From an uncultured bacterium (lineage in GTDB: Bacteria; Omnitrophota; Omnitrophia; Omnitrophales; Abzuiibacteriaceae), in NCBI GenBank assembly GCA_964387845.1, contig CAYLXA010000005.1:96001-160000 (forward strand): DNA of 64,000 nt, read 5' to 3'. A program made the translations under genes and the position numbers. Of the stretch, positions 40,425-50,200 are shown piece by piece (positions within the stretch are counted from its first letter, which is position 1; every line of letters begins with the position of its first letter). Below the pieces are notes generated by a model. The model was given only the letters and a program-made list of their open reading frames with translations, was not told the DNA's origin and did no database searches.

Positions 40425-41540
40425 ATGAGGCAAATATTCATAGTAGTGGCAGGAGGCAATGCTGCTGCTGATCGTCACTTCGAAGATACAATCCAACGTA
40501 AACGTACCTTAGATGAAGTGCGGCAATTTCTATCTTCCCAAGAAATTCATGAGATCGAATCAGTTTATCATACAGCACCTTTTATTGTCTGGGGCGCTAT
40601 TCCCGGCCCAATGAATATTCCGCGTTGGCAAAGTATGCGTGTTGGCGATATTGTTTTGATTTACACAAGAGGACATATCCGATTAATTGGCGAAGTGGCA
40701 TCAAAAGTAAGAAGTAATTCGTTGGCTCGCTATTTTTGGAAAGAAACACCCGAAAACAAAACCTGGGAATTGATTTATTTTATTGTAAATGAACAAAGGG
40801 TAAATATACCGATGCCTTTATTAAATGAAGCGCTTGGTTATAGCGCAAGTTACTCTCCGAGGGGATTTAGTTCTGTCGATTCTGATAAGGTCAAATCATT
40901 CGTTAATCGTTATGGCGATATATTCGAAGGGCTTAAAACACTCAGTAAAGGCGAGAAACTAATCGAAATTTCGCCAGCGAAAAAGTTAGAAGTCCAACAG
41001 GTTGAAGAAAAGATTGAACAATCATCGAATGAGCATGACGAAATGCAATGGCGGTTAATTAGATTGGGCAAATTGTCAAGGTACGATGTTTGGGTTCCCA
41101 GAAATGATCAAGGGCACAGCTTTGGAGGTCAACGATTTCGGGATTTTGTGTTGCCGGAATTCCACGAGAGTTTAGATGTTCCACCCAGTATTAAAAATAT
41201 CGATGTCGTGTGGAAATTTGGTCCTTATTCGATCACATCTGCATTTGAAGTCGAACATTCAACATCCGTTTATTCAGGAATTTTAAGGCTTTCGGATCTG
41301 AGAACCGAAACACCGAATTCACAATACCCACTTTTTATTGTTGCTGACGAAGCAAGAAAGCGGAAGGTATTTTCGGAACTTGCGCGCCCCACTTTCTCAA
41401 ATCCCTTTTTGCGACTTCACGAAGTAATACGATTTTTGAGTTACGAAAGAATCAGGGACATTGATGAAAAGTATAAGCAAGAACCTGAATTTGAACCGCA
41501 AATACTCTTTACTGCCGGAGAAACTTTCGAGAAAAATTAA
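40425..41540 (+). CDS. PUA/EVE-like N-terminal domain fused to a putative PD-(D/E)xK nuclease. Candidate modification-dependent (type IV-like) restriction enzyme.
   Basis: The N-terminus 'VGDIVLIYTRGHIRLIGEV' is EVE/PUA-like. The C-terminus 'IDVVWKFGP...AFEVEHS' is (D/E)xK-like. Confidence 0.5.
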   Translation: MRQIFIVVAGGNAAADRHFEDTIQRKRTLDEVRQFLSSQEIHEIESVYHTAPFIVWGAIPGPMNIPRWQSMRVGDIVLIYTRGHIRLIGEVASKVRSNSLARYFWKETPENKTWELIYFIVNEQRVNIPMPLLNEALGYSASYSPRGFSSVDSDKVKSFVNRYGDIFEGLKTLSKGEKLIEISPAKKLEVQQVEEKIEQSSNEHDEMQWRLIRLGKLSRYDVWVPRNDQGHSFGGQRFRDFVLPEFHESLDVPPSIKNIDVVWKFGPYSITSAFEVEHSTSVYSGILRLSDLRTETPNSQYPLFIVADEARKRKVFSELARPTFSNPFLRLHEVIRFLSYERIRDIDEKYKQEPEFEPQILFTAGETFEKN

Positions 41541-41558
41541 CAAATCGAGGATCTTATC

Positions 41559-41711
41559 ATGATTAAATCAAGAAAATTGAAGGCTGATCTAACCCAGTTA
41601 TTAAATTATCTTTGGCATGACGAGAGAAAACATTATTTGGAGCGGCGAAACAAGAATCATATTTATTTAACAATTCGCAGATTGGCAAAAGAAATTAGTT
41701 ATAAGCCGTAA
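41559..41711 (+). CDS. Small ORF (50 aa), hypothetical
   Basis: 'MIKSRKLKADLTQLLNYLWHDERKHYLERRNKNHIYLTIRRLAKEISYKP'. It is too short for the ORF track and has no family assignment. Confidence 0.2.
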   Translation: MIKSRKLKADLTQLLNYLWHDERKHYLERRNKNHIYLTIRRLAKEISYKP

Positions 41712-41745
41712 ATCGAACGCGTCTCGACGATGTGCGGAAGATATT

Positions 41746-41822
41746 CATTAACCCTCGATAAAAAGAAACTCCTCGCGGAATTCGCGCCCGAGCCCCGCGC
41801 CCACAAATTTCTTGATTTCCAT
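41746..41822. repeat. ~77 bp direct repeat, copy 1 (upstream of the NTase-HEPN pair)
   Basis: 'cattaaccctcgataaaaagaaactcctcgcggaattcgcgcccgagccccgcgcccacaaatttcttgatttccat' is ~90% identical to 43032-43106. Confidence 0.8.
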
Positions 41823-41936
41823 TATAGGGGTAAGGATTAAGGGGTAAGTCGTAAGTTTTAAGTAGAATTATGCTGATAGTCATACCCCATCCCTCCTAAA
41901 CATTCCCCTTGAACATGTTGTAGTTATGTACTACAA

Positions 41937-42533
41937 TTGTTGTACATCATGACAACAAGTTTAATCTTTCAGCTCCAGCAAACCAAGTCGCCGCTCAGGA
42001 AGAAGCTTTTATCGTACTTCTTCACGAATCCCGGGGCGAAGCTCTATCTCAGAGATATCGCGCTCAAACTCCATGTCGATCCCGCGAATCTTTCGCGCGA
42101 GCTCAAGCGGCTCACCGATGAAAGTGTTTTTGTTGCCCAGAAGCAGGGTAATCTCAAATATTTCTCTTTGAATCCAAAGCACGCCTTATATGAAGAATTT
42201 AAGTCCATGATTTTTAAGACCATCGGCGCTCAAGGCGCGATTGAAAACCTGTTAAGTAAAATCCCGGGAATTAAACGCGCTTTTATTTATGGTTCGTTTG
42301 CCAAAAATACGGAGCGTGCGGATTCCGATATCGACCTTTGTATGATCATCCAAAAAAAAGAATTCAAAGAAAATCCTTTCCTTGAGGGAATTCATAAACT
42401 CGAAGGTGAACTTGGCAGGGAAATCAATTATACTTTCTTTACCGACGAAGAATGGCAGTCCAAGCAGCGATCTAAAGATAGCTTTGTCACCGGAATTCTT
42501 AAGAATAAAAAAATCGATCTCATGCATATATGA
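41937..42533 (+). CDS. wHTH-fused minimal nucleotidyltransferase (MNT-like)
   Basis: The N-terminal HTH 'LYLRDIALKLHVDPANLSRELKRL' and the NTase motif 'IYGSFAKN...DSDIDLCMI'. Confidence 0.7.
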   Translation: MLYIMTTSLIFQLQQTKSPLRKKLLSYFFTNPGAKLYLRDIALKLHVDPANLSRELKRLTDESVFVAQKQGNLKYFSLNPKHALYEEFKSMIFKTIGAQGAIENLLSKIPGIKRAFIYGSFAKNTERADSDIDLCMIIQKKEFKENPFLEGIHKLEGELGREINYTFFTDEEWQSKQRSKDSFVTGILKNKKIDLMHI

Positions 42534-42994
42534 AAAAAATTGATCTTCAAGATTTAATTCAAGAAGGGCAGCTTCAAGAAGAGCCAGGTATCGGCTGGGA
42601 CCAGGTGGAGCGTTTAATTAAACGGGCATTTGAAGATTTGAAATCAGCCGACCGGAACATGTCCTTTGATGAGCCGGGCGCGATGGATTTTATCTATAAG
42701 GCGATGTTTCATGCTGGGAACGCTTTGATTCGTTCATATGGGTTTAGGCCGGGCGCTACCAGACAGCATCAAGGTGTGATTACGGCAGTTGGGCGGATCT
42801 TGGGCGTTGAATCAAAGGCGCTGATTCTGAAATTTGATAAACTCAGGAAACGCCGCAATGAGTTTGAATATCAGGGCATTTTTGCGATGGGAAGAGAAGA
42901 GTTGAAAGATTCCATCGAACAAGCCAAACAATTGGTTGGCGTGATACGAAAAGCACTCGAAGATTCTCATCCACAAAAGCAGTTTAAATGGTAA
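42530..42994 (+). CDS. HEPN-like protein partnered with the NTase
   Basis: An all-alpha ~150 aa protein overlapping the NTase gene by 4 nt. It carries 'RKRRNEFEY' where the Rx4-6H motif would sit, but the His is not evident. Confidence 0.5.
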   Translation: MKKIDLQDLIQEGQLQEEPGIGWDQVERLIKRAFEDLKSADRNMSFDEPGAMDFIYKAMFHAGNALIRSYGFRPGATRQHQGVITAVGRILGVESKALILKFDKLRKRRNEFEYQGIFAMGREELKDSIEQAKQLVGVIRKALEDSHPQKQFKW

Positions 42995-43031
42995 GCGAAG
43001 ACCATAAAGACGGCGCCGGGCACCTGCTACT

Positions 43032-43106
43032 CATTAACACTCGATAAAAAGAAGCTCCTCGCGGAATTCGCGACGAACCCCGCGCCCACAAATTTCTTGA
43101 TCTCCA
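43032..43106. repeat. ~77 bp direct repeat, copy 2 (upstream of higBA)
   Basis: 'cattaacactcgataaaaagaagctcctcgcggaattcgcgacgaaccccgcgcccacaaatttcttgatctccat'. Confidence 0.8.
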
Positions 43107-43315
43107 TCAAAGTTATATATACTATTCACCATAGTAAATAAGCATTAACCCCCTCCTCGCTCAAAGTATTAAATTCTCCAAGCTTCCTCCACATAAAGTC
43201 TCTTTTTTCACTTGCGCTTTATGCGCAAGTACCATCTCTCGAGGCTCAAAGTTAGCCTCGTATTGCTAGGCCGCGTAAACTATGGTTGACACTGTGTAGC
43301 ATATAGGGTACACTT

Positions 43316-43645
43316 ATGATGACTTGGAAAATTTTGCATTACCGGAGGCGCGACGGAAGGATTCCTTTCCAAGAATGGTTTTCCGAATTTTACGATGCTC
43401 GGGTTTGCGCTAGAATTCAATCACGGATTCACAGGTTAGAGCGTGGTAACTTTGGAGATTCAAAGAGCGTAGGTGATGGGCTCTTCGAGTTACGATTTCA
43501 CTTTGGGCCCGGCTATCGCATTTATTATGGAATTCGTCACGGCCGGATTGTTATTTTGCTTTGCGGGGGCGACAAAAGTAGTCAGCAAAAAGATATTCAA
43601 ATAGCAAACGTATATTGGCAGGATTATTTGGAGAGTCAACTATGA
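43316..43645 (+). CDS. higB: RelE/ParE-superfamily toxin, HigB-like addiction-module killer protein
   Basis: 'WKILHYRRRDGRIPFQEWF...GDGLFELRFHFGPGYRIYYG'. Confidence 0.8.
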   Translation: MMTWKILHYRRRDGRIPFQEWFSEFYDARVCARIQSRIHRLERGNFGDSKSVGDGLFELRFHFGPGYRIYYGIRHGRIVILLCGGDKSSQQKDIQIANVYWQDYLESQL

Positions 43646-43953
43646 GACGATATAAACCGTATGTAGATCATCAGGAATGGTTGTTGAAATCATTAAAGGA
43701 TCCTGAGATGGCTTCTGAATATCTAAATGCCGTGCTAGAAGAGGGTGATAAGCAATTATTTTTGATGGCACTCAAAAATGTGGTGGACGCGCAAGGTGGG
43801 ATGACAAAGATGTCGGATAAATCTAAAATCAATCGTGTGAGCCTTTACAAAATGCTCTCAAAGAACGGAAACCCCGGCTTTGAAAATATTTTGAGATTAC
43901 TTCAAATTGCCGGCATTCGTTTTCGGGTGACACCGCAATCTCGTAGGAAATAA
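43642..43953 (+). CDS. higA: HigA-family addiction-module antidote protein (HTH)
   Basis: 'LNAVLEEGDKQLFLMALKNVVDAQGGMTKMSDKSKINRVSLYKMLS'. It overlaps the higB stop (ATGA). Confidence 0.8.
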   Translation: MRRYKPYVDHQEWLLKSLKDPEMASEYLNAVLEEGDKQLFLMALKNVVDAQGGMTKMSDKSKINRVSLYKMLSKNGNPGFENILRLLQIAGIRFRVTPQSRRK

Positions 43954-43965
43954 TTGCTGCACACT

Positions 43966-44046
43966 CACGCTTGATGCGTGAGTGCTAAATCCGTAGAGAA
44001 ACCACAAGTTTCTCACGGATAATACTTGCACATAGGTGCAAGTGCA
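43966..44046. repeat. Three consecutive hairpins at the right island boundary
   Basis: 'cactcacgc-ttgat-gcgtgagtg', 'atccgtagagaaac-cacaa-gtttctcacggat' and 'cttgcac-atag-gtgcaag'. Confidence 0.5.
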
Positions 44047-44060
44047 TCCGCGCGGCGTGG

Positions 44061-44089
44061 TTGACAATCCACACCTAATTCTGTATGAT
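44061..44089 (+). promoter_or_regulatory. Sigma-70-like promoter (TTGACA, 17 nt spacer, TATGAT)
   Basis: 'ttgacaatccacacctaattctgtatgat'. Confidence 0.4.
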
Positions 44090-44159
44090 ACTTCATCGGT
44101 GCACGAAGTATTGAATTACAGATGTAAAACCCACCGATTAGTTCAATTAATCCAAGTAA

Positions 44160-44285
44160 AAATTCAAAATCTAAATATCAAAATTCAAAACAATTATTAA
44201 ATTCCAAATTCAAAACGTTTTGAAATTTAATATTTGTAATTTGAATTTGTTTTATGTTTTGATATTTGAATTTTGAAATTATATT
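44160..44285. repeat. AT-rich palindromic element upstream of the guaB-like gene
   Basis: It contains 'ttcaaaatctaaatatcaaaattcaaaaca', which shares a 27-mer with 29632-29661, plus inverted copies. Confidence 0.55.
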
Positions 44286-44297
44286 TGAGGAGCAAAA

Positions 44298-45458
44298 ATG
44301 AGCGAGTGGATCGGACGAGATAGAAAAGCAAGGCGTGCATACGGTTTTGATGAAATTGCGTTGTCCCCCGGAAATCTGACCATTAATCCCGACGAAGTTG
44401 ACATCAGTTTTTATATCGATAAAAAGAAATTCGAAATTCCGTTTATTGCCTCCGCGATGGACGGTGTGGTGGATCCTAAGTTCGCGGTCGCGATGGGCAA
44501 AATGGGCGGCCTCGCGGTGCTTAATCTCGAAGGCATCTACACCCGCTACGACAATTATCAAGAAATCTTAGACGATATTGCCAAAGCCACGCCTGAAAAA
44601 GCCACTGAGCTGGTTCAGAAACTCTACGTGGAACCGGTCAAAGAAAAACTAATCTCAAAACGCATTCAGGAAATCAAGAAAGCCAAAGTACCTGCCGCTG
44701 TGAGTTCCATTCCGCAAAAAGCGGAGAAGTACGGCAAAATCGCCGAAGAAGCCGGCTGTGATGTGTTTGTGGTTCAATCGACCGTCACCACGGTTCGCCA
44801 CATCGCGAAAGCGTACAAAACCCTCGAATTCGAAAAGTTCTGCAAAGCGATGAAGATTCCCGTCATTCTCGGAAATTCCGTGACGTATCAAGTGGCGGTT
44901 GAACTCATGACGGCCGGCGCGGACGGACTCTTAGTCGGCATCGGTCCGGGATCGGCTTGCACGACCCGCGGCGTGTTGGGCCTCGGTGTTCCGCAGGTGA
45001 CCGCGATTTGTGATTCCGCAGCCGCGCGCGAATTTTATTACAAAAAGTCAGGACGCTACGTTCCGATCATCGCAGACGGCGGTATGTCCACGGGCGGCGA
45101 TATTTGCAAAGCATTCGCTTGCGGATCTGATGCCGTGATGGTGGGTTCCGCTTTTGCCCGCGCCAAGGAAGCGCCGGGGAAGGGATTCCATTGGGGCATG
45201 GCCACACCGCACGCCAATTTGCCGCGCGGCACACGCATTCGCGTCGGCACGACGGGAACTTTGCAGGAAATTATGTTCGGCCCCGCGAAATTGGATGACG
45301 GCACGCAAAATTTAGTCGGCGCACTTAAAACCTGCATGGGCAACATCGGCGCCCGCACGGTCAAGGAAATGCAAATGGCCGAAATCGTGATTGCGCCTGC
45401 GATTAAAACGGAAGGAAAGCTCTTTCAAGCGGCTCAAAAAGTTGGAATGATGAAATAA
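44298..45458 (+). CDS. IMP dehydrogenase / GMP reductase family protein without a CBS subdomain (GuaB3-like)
   Basis: '[15 protein letters not shown]' is the catalytic Cys loop, and the TIM barrel is of IMPDH type. The gene is immediately upstream of guaA. Confidence 0.8.
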   Translation: MSEWIGRDRKARRAYGFDEIALSPGNLTINPDEVDISFYIDKKKFEIPFIASAMDGVVDPKFAVAMGKMGGLAVLNLEGIYTRYDNYQEILDDIAKATPEKATELVQKLYVEPVKEKLISKRIQEIKKAKVPAAVSSIPQKAEKYGKIAEEAGCDVFVVQSTVTTVRHIAKAYKTLEFEKFCKAMKIPVILGNSVTYQVAVELMTAGADGLLVGIGPGSACTTRGVLGLGVPQVTAICDSAAAREFYYKKSGRYVPIIADGGMSTGGDICKAFACGSDAVMVGSAFARAKEAPGKGFHWGMATPHANLPRGTRIRVGTTGTLQEIMFGPAKLDDGTQNLVGALKTCMGNIGARTVKEMQMAEIVIAPAIKTEGKLFQAAQKVGMMK

Positions 45459-45469
45459 CTTAATATTCG

Positions 45470-45540
45470 GGCTTCATGCTGCATGCTACAAGTTACAAGC
45501 TGCAGGTTTGAAGCTTGGAGCCTGAAGCCTGTAGCTTTGA
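45470..45540. repeat. REP-like repeat, copy D
   Basis: 'gcttcatgctgcatgctacaagttacaagctgcaggtttgaagcttggagcctgaagcctgtagc'. Confidence 0.55.
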
Positions 45541-45544
45541 AACT

Positions 45545-47101
45545 ATGAACCAAGACGTCTGTTTAATTCTCGATTTTGGCTCGCAATACACCCAATTGAT
45601 TGCACGCCGCGTCCGCGAGAAAAAAGTTTTTTCGGCCATTCATCCTTACCACATTCCGTTCAGTAAAATCCTGGAAATCAATCCCAAAGCCATTATCCTC
45701 TCCGGTTCGCCGTCCAATGTCTACGCCAAACACGCACCGATTTCGGATAAACGGATTTTCTCACTCGGTGTTCCGATCCTGGGGATTTGTTACGGCCTGC
45801 AGCTCACCGCGCACGTCCTTAAAGGGCGCGTCAAGAAAGTTAAGCACCGCGAATATGGTTACGCCGATCTCGTGATCAACAAGCCGGGTGAATTGTTTGC
45901 GGGGCTTCCCAAAAAGTTTCACTGCTGGATGAGCCACGGCGATCAAGTCACCAAACTTCCGCAAGGATTTGAACGGCTCGCGCACACACGAACTTCAAGT
46001 GTCGCGAGTTTTGGAAACACAAAAGCCAAAATTTACGGCGTTCAGTTTCACCCGGAAGTCGTTCACACGCCGCTCGGCCACAAAATCATCGCGAACTTCC
46101 TATTCAAAGTCGCAAAATTCCGCGGCAATTGGTCGCCCAAGTCATTTATTAATGAAACCATCAAAGATATCCGCCGCAAAGTCGGAAAGGACAAAGTCGT
46201 TCTCGGGCTTTCGGGCGGCGTGGATTCATCCGTGGCCGGTGTGTTGATTCACAAAGCGATCAAGCATCAGCTGACCTGTATTTTCGTGGACAACGGTTTG
46301 CTCAGAAGAGGCGAGCGACGGCAAGTCGAAGAAGAATTCCGGAAACATTTTCATATGAACCTGCGTGTGATCGATGCGACGAATGAATTTCTGAATGCGC
46401 TGCGCGGCGTGACGGACCCCGAGAAAAAACGCAAAATCATCGGCGGACTCTTCATCAAGGTTTTCGAAAGGGAAGCCAAAAAACTCGGTAAAGTGAAGTT
46501 TCTGGCGCAAGGCACGCTTTATCCCGATGTGGTGGAATCGGTTTCGGCTCATGGCGGCCCGACGGCCGTGATCAAATCACATCACAACGTGGGTGGTCTT
46601 CCGAAGCGGATGAAATTTCAATTGCTCGAGCCCTTGCGTGATTTATTCAAAGACGAAGTCCGCGCGGTCGGCAGAACGCTTGGCATTAAATCGCAGTTTG
46701 TGGATCGCCACCCGTTTCCGGGCCCGGGTCTTGCGGTCAGGATTCTAGGCGAAATCACGCGCGAGCGGCTTTATTTGGTGCGCGAAGCCAATTGGATCAT
46801 GCTCGAAGAATTGATGAAGAATAAAGACAAAAACGGCAGATATTACGACCAGGTTTGGCAGGCCTTTGCAGTTTTGCTGCCGGTTAAAAGTGTCGGCGTT
46901 ATGGGCGATGAGAGAACGTATCAATACGTGACTTCTTTACGCGCGGTGGTCTCGGAAGACGGCATGACGGCCGACTGGGCGCGGCTTCCGGATTGGCTCC
47001 TCGCCAAGATTTCAAGCCGCATCATAAATGAGGTGAACGGCATCAACCGCGTGTGCTACGATATCAGCTCGAAGCCGCCCGCTACCATCGAATGGGAATA
47101 A
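45545..47101 (+). CDS. guaA: GMP synthase (glutamine-hydrolysing)
   Basis: GATase 'GICYGLQL', the PP-loop 'GLSGGVDSSV', and the C-terminus 'KPPATIEWE'. Confidence 0.95.
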   Translation: MNQDVCLILDFGSQYTQLIARRVREKKVFSAIHPYHIPFSKILEINPKAIILSGSPSNVYAKHAPISDKRIFSLGVPILGICYGLQLTAHVLKGRVKKVKHREYGYADLVINKPGELFAGLPKKFHCWMSHGDQVTKLPQGFERLAHTRTSSVASFGNTKAKIYGVQFHPEVVHTPLGHKIIANFLFKVAKFRGNWSPKSFINETIKDIRRKVGKDKVVLGLSGGVDSSVAGVLIHKAIKHQLTCIFVDNGLLRRGERRQVEEEFRKHFHMNLRVIDATNEFLNALRGVTDPEKKRKIIGGLFIKVFEREAKKLGKVKFLAQGTLYPDVVESVSAHGGPTAVIKSHHNVGGLPKRMKFQLLEPLRDLFKDEVRAVGRTLGIKSQFVDRHPFPGPGLAVRILGEITRERLYLVREANWIMLEELMKNKDKNGRYYDQVWQAFAVLLPVKSVGVMGDERTYQYVTSLRAVVSEDGMTADWARLPDWLLAKISSRIINEVNGINRVCYDISSKPPATIEWE

Positions 47102-47235
47102 AGTTTAGCGGTTAGCGAATAGCGTTTAGCGCATAGAAAAACAAACGAGACCATTTTTGTGAGAACTCATTTTTATTCTTTTCATTTTGTTTTTTCAGTT
47201 ATACGCTATCCGCTAGACGCTATACGCTAATAGTT
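47102..47235. repeat. Inverted arrays of TAGCG-type units flanking an AT-rich core, upstream of dnaE
   Basis: 'ttagcggttagcgaatagcgtttagcgcatag' ... 'atacgctatccgctagacgctatacgctaa'. Confidence 0.5.
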
Positions 47236-50200
47236 ATGGATCATCATTCTGATTTTGTCCATCTGCATTGCCACACGCAGTATTCGCTTTTAGACGCTGC
47301 TTCCAAAGTCGAAGAGCTCGTGAAGCGCGCGGCCGACCTCAAATTTCCCGCGCTTGCGATGACCGATCACGGCAATTTGTTTGGCGCGATCGAATTTTAC
47401 GAAAAAGCCATGAAGGCGGGCGTCAAACCCATCATCGGCATGGAAGCCTACATCGCGCCGCGCTCACGCTTCGATAAATCCGCGCACGGCGTCAAAGAAG
47501 CATCGTTTCACATCACTCTGCTCGTTAAAAACGAAGTCGGCTACCGCAATCTTCTCAAATTATCTTCCGCGGCGTACCTCGAAGGTTTTTACTATCGCCC
47601 CCGGATCGATAAAGAAATTCTCAAGAAACACTCAGAAGGCCTGATCGCGCTTTCCGGATGCCTCAAAGGCGAAGTGCCGTACTATTTATGGAATGACCAG
47701 CCGCAGGAATCCAAACGCGCCATCAAGGAATTTATCGATATTTTCGGCCGTGACGATTTTTACTTGGAATGCATGAATCAGGGCATTGAGCAGCAGCGCC
47801 GCGTGGTGAATGAATACCTGAAACTCTCCAAAGAATTCAAGCTCAAGATGGTGGCGACGAATGATTGCCATTACATTTATCAGAAAGATGCGCAATCGCA
47901 CGACGCCTTGATTTGTATCGGTACGGGGTCGCTTATTTCCGATGAGGACCGTATGCGTTATCACGGCGATAACTTTTATTTGAAATCCGCGGATGAAATG
48001 AAGGAGCTCTTCAAAGAGTTGCCGGAAGCTGTTTTGGAAACGCGCGCCATTGCGGATAAATGTAACTTGGAACTCGATTTCTCAAAAACGCACTTGCCGG
48101 CTTTTAAACCACCGGCAGGGCAATCGCAAAAGGAATATTTGCGTTCACTTTGCTTTAAATTGCTCGCTAACCGGTTTTCCGGCGAAATTCCGAAGCAATA
48201 CGACGAGCGGCTCCGTTTTGAGCTGGCGCTTATCGAAAAAATGGGGTTCGTCAGTTACTTTCTCGTCGTGTGGGATTTTATCCGCTTCGCGAAGGAAAAA
48301 AAGATTCCGGTCGGGCCGGGACGCGGTTCGGCGGCCGGCAGTTTGGTGGCTTACGCACTCGGCATCACGAATTTGGATCCCATCGAACACGGCCTCATTT
48401 TTGAACGTTTCCTCAATCCAGAACGTATTTCGATGCCGGATATCGATATCGACTTTTGTTATGAACGCCGCGACGAAGTGATTGCCTACGTGCGCGAAAA
48501 ATACGGCGAAGAGAGCGTTGCGCAAATCATCACGTTCGGAACGATGGCGGCACGCGCCGCACTGCGCGATGTGGGACGTGTGATGGGCCTCAGTTATCAA
48601 GATGTCGATAAAATCGCGAAAATGGTGCCGATACAGCTTGATATGACACTCGAAACCGCGCTTGAAGTCGAGCCGCGCATGAAGCAGCTTGCCAAATCCG
48701 ACCCGCAAGTCGGTCAACTTATCGAAACCTCGAAAGCCTTGGAAGGCCTTGCACGCCATGCTTCTACGCACGCGGCCGGTGTTGTGATCTCGGAAGGGCC
48801 TCTGTCGGATCATTGCCCGCTTTTTAAAGCGGATGATGTGATCACAACGCAATACGACATGAAAGCCGTCGAGAAAATCGGCCTTCTCAAAATGGACTTT
48901 TTGGGATTGCGCACGCTGACCGTGATTGACGAAGCAGTGCGGCTGATTGAAAAAACACGCGGCGTGAAAATCGAAATCGATTCACTCAAGCTCGAAGATA
49001 AAGCGACTTATGAATTGCTCGGCCACGGCGAATCCATCGGCGTGTTCCAGCTTGAAAGTTCGGGCATGCGCGACCTGCTGAAAAAAATGAAACCGAAAGT
49101 ATTTGGCGACATTGTGGCTTTGCTTGCGCTTTATCGTCCGGGGCCTTTGGGCAGCGGCATGGTCGATGATTTTATTCAGCGCATGCACAACCCCAAGCTC
49201 ATCAAGTATGACCACCCGGCCTTGGAGCCCATTTTGCGTGAAACGTACGGCATTATTTTGTATCAAGAGCAGGTCATGCAGATTGTGAGCACGCTCGCGG
49301 GATTCTCGATGGCAAAAGCCGATTCCTTAAGGCGCGCGATGGGTAAGAAAATCCCGGAAATCATGGAAAAGGAAAAAGAATCATTCCTGAAAGGCGCCGG
49401 CGACAACGGTATTCAGCCGCGCATTGCGGAAAAAATTTGGAACCTGATCGAATATTTCTCAGGGTACGGCTTCAATAAATCACATTCGACCGCCTACGCC
49501 TACATTTCCTATCAGACAGCTTATTTGAAAGCAAACTATACTGTCGAATTCATGACCGCGCTGCTCACGTCGGAAAAAGACAACACGGACAAAATCGTCC
49601 GCTACATTGACGAATCCAAGCGGCTCGGCCTTCAGGTGACGCCGCCTTCTATTAATGAAAGCTTCTCTGTCTTTACCTGTGTCGGAAATGTGATTTGCTT
49701 CGGGCTTTCGGCGGTGAAAAATGTGGGCACGACGGCGGTGGAGTCTATCATCGAAACCCGCAGCGAGAAGGGGAAGTTCAAGTCGCTTGTCGATTTTGTG
49801 GAACGCGTGGATCTGCGCGTCTGCAACCGGAAAGTGCTTGAAAGCTTGATTAAATGCGGCGCTTTTGACGGTTTCAAATTAAAACGCTCACAAATGATGG
49901 CGATGGTGGACCGTCTTTTGGAAATCGGTGCTAAAACGCAGAAGGACCGGTCAAAAGGTCAACTCTCACTTCTTGATCAGTTGGATTCAAGCGACGGTTT
50001 CAAAGAACATATGCATGACGCGCCCGACATTGAAGAATGGCCGGAAAATGAATTGCTCGCGCACGAACGTGAAATGCTCGGGTTTTTCGTGAGCACACAT
50101 CCTTTGGCACGTTTCGAGAATGTGTTGAAAACTTATGCGTCAACGACCACGGCGAACTTAAATGACTTGAGCGACCAAGCCGGTGTTTCAATGGGCGGCA

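Noticed and set aside
41741-41817. Considered a short minus-strand ORF 'MEIKKFVGAGLGREFREEF...' inside direct-repeat copy 1
   Set aside because: The second repeat copy carries an indel that changes the frame after ~11 codons, so the peptide is not conserved. The repeat is more likely non-coding.
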